15,408 nt of DNA from Pseudobacteriovorax sp. GTDB lineage: Bacteria; Bdellovibrionota_B; Oligoflexia; Oligoflexales; Oligoflexaceae. Under the pieces are notes generated by a model that did no database searches, was not told where the DNA came from, and saw only the letters and a program-made list of their open reading frames with translations. Below, piece by piece: positions 1 through 6,542 of the stretch. The DNA is taken from contig JBNKNM010000123.1 in the NCBI GenBank assembly GCA_050293845.1, positions 1 to 15,408 of the forward strand. Reading direction: 5' to 3'. A program made the translations under genes and the position numbers. Every line of letters starts with the position of its first letter. Position 1 is the stretch's first letter.

Positions 1-408
1 TCCCTTAACTTCTATAAAAATTTCAAACAAACCGTCTACAGACTTATCCGTGTGGGTGATAATCACGTCTGGTTGTTGCCAGATGACATCGTTAGAACTA
101 TATCTTAAAGAAGTTGTATCCGAGCCATATCGAATCGCTGTTTGTTTGCAATTGTCACGAAATGATTTGAGAAGATGAGGGTCGATGCTGTTTACATGCA
201 TTCGGGACAGAATTTCGCGATTCCAAGTCTGATCGCATTTTTGGCATTTATATATGAGCCATATATCTAAGACTTTTTGATTGCCATTCACACGAAATTT
301 TTCACTAGAAAAAAATACACTCTTGTTTCTGCAACCACGACAATATCTAGATACAGTGGGTGCTTCTCTCGGTAAGATAGTCCAAATATAGCTTGACGAA
401 ATACGCAT
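1..408 (-). CDS. DUF1062-family protein (putative zinc-ribbon), 3' end runs off the window
   Basis: Manually translated open frame from ATG at 408 to the window edge: MRISSSYIWTILPREAPTVSRYCRGCRNKSVFFSSEKFRVNGNQKVLDIWLIYKCQKCDQTWNREILSR... It has two CxxC pairs and the FRVNxNxKxLDIWLIYKCxxCDxTWN pattern I recognise as DUF1062. Strong SD GGAGG (+ strand 414-418). Confidence 0.85.
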   Translation of the reverse strand, partial: MRISSSYIWTILPREAPTVSRYCRGCRNKSVFFSSEKFRVNGNQKVLDIWLIYKCQKCDQTWNREILSRMHVNSIDPHLLKSFRDNCKQTAIRYGSDTTSLRYSSNDVIWQQPDVIITHTDKSVDGLFEIFIEVKG

Positions 409-484
409 AGATACCTCCCCAGGAAATGTGAAGGTGACTTTGGATGGCGCTTGGATTCGTTAAATATTATGGACGGACTTCAAT

Positions 485-541
485 TTAAGAAGGAGTCACG
501 ACTTTTAAATCTGAGAATCTACTGCCAATCCTCAGATTCAC
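485..541 (-). CDS. Candidate 18-aa leader peptide (MNLRIGSRFSDLKVVTPS) upstream of the DUF1062 gene
   Basis: GTG at 541, TAA at 485-487, SD-like GGAAGG (551-556) 9 nt upstream. It lies in a region of mutually exclusive pairings that involve the DUF1062 SD. Confidence 0.35.
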   Translation of the reverse strand: MNLRIGSRFSDLKVVTPS

Positions 542-907
542 CTGCGCACACCTTCCAGAATTATTCAATTAGGTTCCCTACACTAGGAAACCGACCTAAT
601 GGATGCGATGATTAAACTGAGAGATTGGCTAGTAACTTGGCAAAATATACCTCTTTTAAGAAACTCAGTTTTAGGGCTTAGGTTGTCCGCAACAACCAAT
701 GACTGGATATATTCAGCAAATACTATTCCAGGTGTTGATGATGGGATATATTTGGTTGATAATTTTAGTATTTTTTAAGATATGGATCAGAGCCACAGAA
801 TTCTATGACCAAATACTGGCCAAAATCGGCTCAAATTAAGCCAAAAATCACCAGCTAGTTTGAATATTAAATCCAGGGCTTTATGGTGTTTTGCCGGTAA
901 GTTTGAG

Positions 908-938
908 AAAAAAGGGGGTATCGATCTTCGATCCCCCT
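908..938 (-). terminator. Rho-independent terminator
   Basis: Minus strand reads AGGGGGATCGA-AGA-TCGAT(A)CCCCCTTTTTT: a GC-rich stem with one bulge followed by a U6 tract. Confidence 0.75.
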
Positions 939-1168
939 CTCCAAAAAAGGGGCACACTCGATAAGAGTTTTGTGCAAAAGTCATTTGACATACCACTAGT
1001 AGCACCCTTGGGCAGCCACTATAGAAAGATCAAGTCACACTGATTTTAAGAAAAAAAAGGCTATTTAGATACATTACTAGCGGGTAAAATTTAGAATTTG
1101 GGCAGTATTTTCGTAATAAAACTACAGTTTAGTAATGATGCAAGATTAGTATGCCATTTTAAATGGAC

Positions 1169-1395
1169 GTCCCGTAGATGATAACATCATTTGAAGCCCC
1201 TACTACCTAAAGGAAGCTGATTTTTATCGAAGAGCGTAACTTCTCAAAGCTCTAACCGTCGTACCTGGGTGTTGATCCTTCCGGAACGTTCCCAGCAAAC
1301 AGAAGCTTTGAGAACATGCAGCCAGACCAATTGTTAACTAAAGTTAACTCGCTCCCAAAACTAACCAATGTCATTCAAACCACTAAGATCAGGAG
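1169..1395 (-). ncRNA. Candidate structured ncRNA with 6S-RNA-like central bubble
   Basis: Nested pairings on the minus strand: UCCUG/CGGGA (1390-1394/1170-1174), UUUGAA/UUCAAA (1374-1379/1190-1195), a 17x16-nt bubble, GGGAGC/GCUUCC (1351-1356/1212-1217), perfect 11-bp UUCUCAAAGCU/AGCUUUGAGAA (1304-1314/1241-1251), CUGGG/CCCAG and an apical UCC-GGAA-GGA tetraloop. The structure is directly visible; the family is uncertain. Confidence 0.4.
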
Positions 1396-1851
1396 CTATA
1401 TCTCAAAAAGCGACTCGCTCGCCTTCTTCCATAATTCATCTATCTGCTTTAAAGCGTTGTCACACCCTAGTTGCGCTAAATCGAGCTTGGAGTATACTTG
1501 TCTGGAAATTTCTAAAAGTTCTCGAACAGAGGCCTGCTCTAACAAACGCAATAGGTAGTGAAATCCCTTTTGGTCCTCCAAACTTAAACAGTCTATCACT
1601 TGGTCTAAGGAAATAGCTAAGAGCCGCTTACTTTCAAAAAGGGTATCATTTTTCTTTAGCAATGTAGCCAGTAAGTCGGATATAGAGTCCATAAGTAAAC
1701 AATCGCTTTGGGTAAGGTGACTGTAACGGTAGGTTTTCGAAAAAGCCTGATCCATGAAGATCGGCTGCATAAAAAGATGATTAAAACTAAGAGCACTTCC
1801 GCCCATAGCTCCATATTTCACAAGCTTCCGCCTGTCCAGCTTAACATCCAT
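1396..1851 (-). CDS. Hypothetical protein with twin-arginine (Tat)-like signal peptide
   Basis: 151-aa ORF. N-terminus DRRKLVK resembles S/T-R-R-x-F-L-K, followed by a Gly/Ala-rich segment and a possible AFS cleavage site. The remainder looks helical and no family was recognised. Confidence 0.7.
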   Translation of the reverse strand: MDVKLDRRKLVKYGAMGGSALSFNHLFMQPIFMDQAFSKTYRYSHLTQSDCLLMDSISDLLATLLKKNDTLFESKRLLAISLDQVIDCLSLEDQKGFHYLLRLLEQASVRELLEISRQVYSKLDLAQLGCDNALKQIDELWKKASESLFEI

Positions 1852-1966
1852 TTTTCACCAACTTGAAATATTGACCCAGTTAATCTAAATAACTGCTAAG
1901 AAATTTGCAATAGTATAGGTGATTTGCTATAAATCGGAGCCAAAATCGAAAACTAGTAGAGATAAA

Positions 1967-2734
1967 ATGAGCAATACCATCCGCCAATTGAAAAAACTTT
2001 TCGTCGCTAATGAGAATATTTCCATCGTTTTTTTTGTTGGTAAGGGCAAAACCCACCGCAAGGTCTTCAATTTTAGACGTATTGTTGGATTATTAGGAAG
2101 CTTAACCTTTATCCTTTTAGCTGGCTCTATTGGACTTATTAGTAGCAGTTTTTTAAAAGTAAAATCAAGCCGTTTATCCACCGAGTTACAAGAACGCAAA
2201 TCGCAGCTCCTTAGCTATCAGGCGCAGTACGAAAACCTTTTCGAAATAGCTTATGGTTTAGTTGAGCGCCCTGATGAGATAGAAGAAAATGTCATTGTTG
2301 ACGATCACGAAACAGAAAATTGGCAGCCCAATATCACCAGTCCTGAAATTTACTTCAAATACCTAAATTTAAAACCAGATGAGAGCGGCAGCATTGTCTC
2401 ATTCTCCATTGTAAATAACACGAATGATTTGCAAGAGGGTATCGTTTGGGCTATCGCCAAAATCAATCAAGATGATGGTTCACCGTACTACCTCAGCGCT
2501 CCAGAGCCCGGTATGGTCTTCAATAAAGACGGCTCCGTTCTTGATTTCAAACTGGGTAAAAAGTTTAAGTTCAAAAAACAGTGGAATACTATACTGAAAC
2601 TCGACCGCCCTCAGAACATATCAGGCAAAATGACATATATAACTATTTATATTGCAGACCTAAATGGCAGCATTAAATTAAGACAGACTTTGCAACCCAT
2701 AGCCATCCCAACAGAACCTTCCGTGAGCCATTAA
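1967..2734 (+). CDS. Hypothetical single-pass membrane protein (TM helix, coiled coil, beta-rich C-terminal domain)
   Basis: Long ORF (track start GTG 1919; in-frame ATG 1967 preferred). Basic N-terminus, hydrophobic helix IVGLLGSLTFILLAGSIGLI, heptad-like segment LSTELQERKSQLLSYQAQYENL, then a beta-strand-rich domain. Confidence 0.8.
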   Translation: MSNTIRQLKKLFVANENISIVFFVGKGKTHRKVFNFRRIVGLLGSLTFILLAGSIGLISSSFLKVKSSRLSTELQERKSQLLSYQAQYENLFEIAYGLVERPDEIEENVIVDDHETENWQPNITSPEIYFKYLNLKPDESGSIVSFSIVNNTNDLQEGIVWAIAKINQDDGSPYYLSAPEPGMVFNKDGSVLDFKLGKKFKFKKQWNTILKLDRPQNISGKMTYITIYIADLNGSIKLRQTLQPIAIPTEPSVSH

Positions 2735-2837
2735 ACAAAAAACAGCTTTGTAAATATCAGATTTTGTTCATTTTATATTTTCTCAGGTGGTAAATTGTGT
2801 TCTAATTCAAACGCTTTCTTAAATAGGATTGGTAAGC

Positions 2838-3611
2838 ATGTCGAAAATGCCTCTCATAAAGTTTTTACAGTGTAAAATCAACAACTATGTCGAGGGTAAA
2901 AAGTACCAAAGCCTCATGACTCTCTCGGACAGATCGGGCGTTCCCTATAATACAGTCCGCAGAATCGCAAATGGTCAAGTTGACAAACCGACCTTGGAAA
3001 CGGTCTTGGCTATTTTAAGGGTAGTGGAAAGCCGGAAGGGTGTCGTTGATTCGGTGAAAGAGTATTATCCTGAATTGGGAGAATTCTTTTCATCTTCTCA
3101 GGAAGCCAGTCAAACTCAAATGGTAACCGACCACCTTGTTGATTCGATGGTTGATGATCAAGTAACTTACAGGATTTTCTCAGTAGCTGGAACTCATCAG
3201 GGCACAAATAGACAGGATATTCAGCGTCAGTTTGGTGAAAACGGCGTGGATAAGCTTAAGATGATGCTCGATGACGGCTTTTTATATGAAGACGAAAGTG
3301 GCACTGTACGAACAGTAGTTCGTGAATACTATTCCATGGACATCCGTACCATTCTCAAAAAGATTCGCCATGGTGTCGATATTTTTGATGTTTCCCTTGC
3401 AGGCACCGATGGATGTTTTCTAGCAACCCATACTGAATCTCTAAGCCTTGCTGGAATAAAAGCCATTAAGAAAGCCGCGAAAGATTTTTACTTTACTGTG
3501 GCAGAGATTAAAAATAACGAGAAATATGCTGGCAATATCGCCTTTTACGCCAATGTTATGTTAGGTCTTTTTGACTCAACGAAGCTTGAGGAATCTCATG
3601 AAACGAAATAA
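2838..3611 (+). CDS. XRE/Cro-type HTH transcriptional regulator with winged-helix and TIGR02147/DUF4423-like C-terminal region
   Basis: SLMTLSDRSGVPYNTVRRIANGQVDKPTLETVLAIL is a typical XRE HTH. The central TNRQDIQRQFGENGVDKLKMMLDDGFLYEDESG looks like a winged helix. The C-terminal strand-helix-strand (HTESLSLAGIKAIKKAAKDFY...FYANVMLG) resembles DUF4423. ATG 2838 with AGGA 9 nt upstream is preferred over TTG 2829. Confidence 0.8.
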   Translation: MSKMPLIKFLQCKINNYVEGKKYQSLMTLSDRSGVPYNTVRRIANGQVDKPTLETVLAILRVVESRKGVVDSVKEYYPELGEFFSSSQEASQTQMVTDHLVDSMVDDQVTYRIFSVAGTHQGTNRQDIQRQFGENGVDKLKMMLDDGFLYEDESGTVRTVVREYYSMDIRTILKKIRHGVDIFDVSLAGTDGCFLATHTESLSLAGIKAIKKAAKDFYFTVAEIKNNEKYAGNIAFYANVMLGLFDSTKLEESHETK

Positions 3612-3774
3612 CCTACTGCTTGTTACAGCTTTGTTTATTGCTTTAGGTCCCACCTCCTTAATGGCTGGAGATGGTTCTGCTATTGCTAAAAGAATAGACG
3701 AGATGGAGTGCCCTATTACAGAGAGGCAGGACAAGGACTTATTACAGATACTGCTCGAGATTCTCAGCGAATAA
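3598..3774 (+). CDS. Small secreted protein/peptide precursor, 58 aa
   Basis: GAGGA SD (3588-3592) and ATG 3598, overlapping the regulator's end by 14 nt. MKRNNLLLVTALFIALGPTSLMA is a classic Sec signal (basic n-region, hydrophobic h-region, Pro turn, LMA cleavage). Predicted mature part is GDGSAIAKRIDEMECPITERQDKDLLQILLEILSE. Confidence 0.75.
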   Translation: MKRNNLLLVTALFIALGPTSLMAGDGSAIAKRIDEMECPITERQDKDLLQILLEILSE

Positions 3775-3777
3775 ACT

Positions 3778-4665
3778 TTAGAAACATGTTGCATTTAGGC
3801 AGTTCTGAACAATCTCACAAGAGCTCACCACTCCATCGTTTACTTCACTGTTACTATCTATTACTTCTGATTGCACACAACCAAACTGTAAAGCTTGGCA
3901 AGCCAGCGAATCCCCGCAATCAGGTTGGTCTGAGCATCCCTTATCACCATTGCTCACAAACTGCTGGAGACGCTCTTCTACTGTGTTCAATGATGATGAA
4001 CTAGTATCAATAAAAGAGCATTCTGAAGTGGCTCGTAATATGAGGTCTAAATCCTCCTGGATCGTTGCTAAACTGCTTAAGTTGCTTTCAAGCTGCTCAA
4101 TGCCAGGACACTCGGCAGCCGTACTCCCACTACCAACGACATTATTTTGAATAGAGGACAAACTGCTCTGAACGGCAGAAATTCTGGAGTCCCCATCCTC
4201 AGCCACAGTAAATGAAAGCAAACCTCCCAGAAAACAGTTAAGGTTTTTCAGTTCACTTTGAGATGTATCGGGAGCCCCCAATAGGGTGTTGATGCTAAAA
4301 CGTAGGGCTTCAGCTCGCTCTACTTTTTTCTCTACACCAAAAATTGAGCTGGAAACAGAATCAAATAAACTATCAAAGCCGATATCTCCACCACCAGAAC
4401 CTGTATCAAGAACATCTAGGATGATCTGCCAAATATCAAACCCCGCAGTTCCTAGAGAACTTGCCACTTGCAGGATTCGCTTTTGATTGCTATCGCCTTC
4501 AACCTTTGCTAGGGTCACTTCTGCGCCTCGGTAGTCTTGCTCATCGATTTGATTCGCCGCTTTTTCCAGCAGAGATGCATCTGACTCTTCAGATACTAGA
4601 CCTTCATAAAGATTCCCACTACAAGACACTAGCACTCCCCAAAGGATAAAAGATAAAAACTTCAA
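3778..4665 (-). CDS. Cys-rich lipoprotein, unknown function
   Basis: TTG start with GGAGG SD. Lipobox LVS-C15, then a TPR-like helical pair (LLEKAANQIDEQDYRGAEVTLAKV). Acidic and Ser-rich, with 10 further Cys, 7 of them in the C-terminal ~52 aa. Confidence 0.85.
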   Translation of the reverse strand: MKFLSFILWGVLVSCSGNLYEGLVSEESDASLLEKAANQIDEQDYRGAEVTLAKVEGDSNQKRILQVASSLGTAGFDIWQIILDVLDTGSGGGDIGFDSLFDSVSSSIFGVEKKVERAEALRFSINTLLGAPDTSQSELKNLNCFLGGLLSFTVAEDGDSRISAVQSSLSSIQNNVVGSGSTAAECPGIEQLESNLSSLATIQEDLDLILRATSECSFIDTSSSSLNTVEERLQQFVSNGDKGCSDQPDCGDSLACQALQFGCVQSEVIDSNSEVNDGVVSSCEIVQNCLNATCF

Positions 4666-4675
4666 TGTTTCCTCC

Positions 4676-5788
4676 CTAAAAGCTCATGCTAGTTCGTAAA
4701 CTTAGCGCTACCCTTTGGTCACCTCTTTCTCCAGGATTGAGATCGAGTTCTTCACCATATTTGGCAAACTCTAGCCTAAAGATCCAAAGATCGGCAAACA
4801 AACCGTAACTAAGATAACCATCGTGAACTCCACTAGTAACACCAAAATCCAAATCCCTTGTGAAAACTCTTGTTCCTAGTTCTGCTCCCAGGTGTAATAG
4901 GCGGCTCCAGTGCATCCCTCGTGAATTTTCAATATGCTGAAGATCTAGAAGAAGGTTCAATTCCCACCTTTGAAACGGGAGACGATGCAACATACCCATA
5001 CTTGAAGTCTGTTGTAGTATCTCAGGATTGTCACCACTAGTAAGGTAACCCATACCTCCTATATTCTGCACCAAAGCTCCAAATCGCCAATTTAAAGTAG
5101 GACTCCAAATGGCTGATAGATCTAGGCCAATACCTGTTCCCTTATCGGTCTTTGCTATCTCTTCCACACTAGAATTTTCAATGTCCAAGATATCGGTAAA
5201 AGTTAAACTACCTATAGTCGTAGTTCTAAAAGCTGGTCGCACCGCTGCCCCTACCTTAAAAGTTCCCCCAAAATCATGGCCATAGGCAATATTCAATCCT
5301 GCCATTGTATCGAGTGAAAAATCGAACTTCGGTAAGTTAGGTCTGCGAATCTCTATAAAGGAGCTATTCATGACAAATGGCATAACTTCTAGGTTTAAAA
5401 TTTTTACGGATAAAATCTCACTTTCAATATGAGCAAAGTGCCGATCGCCAAATTTATCACCAAACTTTCGGATAAATCCTATAACGGCATCAGAACCTTC
5501 ACTTGAAAAATCCTGGTCTAAAATATCTTGTATAGTGTTGATCAAATTTTGCCCAGCTACCACAGACAGTTCGAGGGGCCTCAGCTGAAAACTGCTCTTA
5601 CTTTCTGCCAAAACTGCTGGATTAAAGCGGGAACTATGGTTTCCCCAAAACTGAGCGACGTAAGTTTGCCCCCTACCTCGGGTCCGCGCTGTTGAAAACA
5701 AATCGCTAGCAAGGACATCAGCAAAACTGAATGCAATCATGACAGCTACAAAACCGATGGATGTAAAACTGAAGTTAACCATAAACAT
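4676..5788 (-). CDS. TraF-like/DUF5723-like outer-membrane beta-barrel protein
   Basis: Signal peptide, N-terminal RxxGxGxTYVA...FNPAVLA motif (FadL/TraF/PorV-like superfamily), GTGIGLDLSAIW and FGALVQNIG strands, LHLGAELG, alternating amphipathic strands and a C-terminal Phe. Confidence 0.8.
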   Translation of the reverse strand: MFMVNFSFTSIGFVAVMIAFSFADVLASDLFSTARTRGRGQTYVAQFWGNHSSRFNPAVLAESKSSFQLRPLELSVVAGQNLINTIQDILDQDFSSEGSDAVIGFIRKFGDKFGDRHFAHIESEILSVKILNLEVMPFVMNSSFIEIRRPNLPKFDFSLDTMAGLNIAYGHDFGGTFKVGAAVRPAFRTTTIGSLTFTDILDIENSSVEEIAKTDKGTGIGLDLSAIWSPTLNWRFGALVQNIGGMGYLTSGDNPEILQQTSSMGMLHRLPFQRWELNLLLDLQHIENSRGMHWSRLLHLGAELGTRVFTRDLDFGVTSGVHDGYLSYGLFADLWIFRLEFAKYGEELDLNPGERGDQRVALSLRTSMSF

Positions 5789-6024
5789 CTCAGCCAGCTA
5801 AGTTTCTAGAATGTAAACAATTTGGATGTATTCAATATACCAGGAATCCATCCCATTAGGAAACAAGCTGGCCACATTGAGGGGCACAATCTATAAAACA
5901 AGGGTAAAACATGTCAATAAAGCATATTCAAAATGGTTAGTTAACCGCTTTGAAGCTTGGTTTCTATCATCAGCACACAGTTGAATATCTGCTATCCAGC
6001 GGAGCTTATCCATTAAAGATTATG

Positions 6025-6152
6025 TTCACAATGAAGAGGTTTTTAAACTTGCCTATGGAATGGATTCACCATGAATAAAAATAGATATATTAATTTCATA
6101 ATGCTACAAGTCTATAATATAATTGTCGATCACCATGAATGAGCACTATGAA
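6025..6152. promoter_or_regulatory. Four copies of CACnATGAA (best copies are TTCA-N3-TGAA dyads): candidate operator array
   Basis: CACAATGAA 6027, CACCATGAA 6067, CACCATGAA 6131, CACTATGAA 6144. ATTCA-cca-TGAAT (6064-6076) is a perfect dyad. A TTGACA lies at 6175-6180. Confidence 0.45.
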
Positions 6153-6238
6153 CTAATTAATGCCCCCCCCTGTATTGACACATCACAGAAAGATTAGTAA
6201 GAGACAAAAAAACTCTTGATACAACAGAGGGGAAAGTA

Positions 6239-6478
6239 ATGCTTGCACTAAACCACAAAATTGAAAAATTCACCAAAGAGCATGGTCTATCAAGCCGTCA
6301 AAAGGATGTCCTTGAGGAGCTAGTTAAAGGTAACGTAACCAGTATTGAAATCGGCAAGGCACTAGGTATCTCAGCAAATACAGCTAGAATCCACATCAAA
6401 AGCATTAACAGCAGAGTGGGAGTTCACTCAAAAGCCGCCGTGCTCTCACAGCTCATCAGGTTTTCTACATCTGAATAA
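6239..6478 (+). CDS. Stand-alone LuxR/GerE-type HTH regulator
   Basis: 79 aa. GLSSRQKDVLEELVKG..SIEIGKALGISANTARIHIKSINSRVGVHSKA matches the LuxR C-terminal HTH consensus. No receiver or ligand-binding domain. SD GAGGGG. Confidence 0.9.
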   Translation: MLALNHKIEKFTKEHGLSSRQKDVLEELVKGNVTSIEIGKALGISANTARIHIKSINSRVGVHSKAAVLSQLIRFSTSE

Positions 6479-6542
6479 AGATGTAAAGATGGCAAGCGTT
6501 GTGGTCAAGATAATACAACGCATAGCCGCTATCGATAGTTTA

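Noticed and set aside
955..968. CTCTTATCGAG (minus strand) resembles the 5' start of a SAM-I riboswitch
   Set aside because: The following SAM-I core (GGxGGAGGGAxxGGCCC...GCAACC) is absent.
787..1005. 72-aa minus-strand ORF from the track
   Set aside because: Runs straight through the terminator hairpin and U-tracts, has no clear SD and no protein-like features.
1265..1295. UCC-GGAA-GGA apical loop resembles SRP (4.5S) RNA helix 8
   Set aside because: The invariant flanking CAGG/AGCA symmetric loop is replaced by ACGU/UCAA, so it is not called as SRP RNA. It is kept as part of the unknown ncRNA.
1241..1314. Long hairpin as retron msd or MITE/REP element
   Set aside because: No reverse transcriptase or transposase in the window, no second copy, and no target-site duplication seen.
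1316..1616. Plus-strand ORFs 1316-1558 and 1368-1616
   Set aside because: Antisense shadows of the 151-aa gene, with no SD or recognisable motifs.
3676..3693. SAIAKR in the secreted peptide resembles the arbitrium peptide SAIRGA
   Set aside because: A three-residue match is expected by chance, the regulator is not TPR/AimR-like, and there is no phage context.
4676..5788. TraF-like gene as evidence of a conjugative element
   Set aside because: No other tra/trb, relaxase, integrase or att features; the flanks are housekeeping-type genes.
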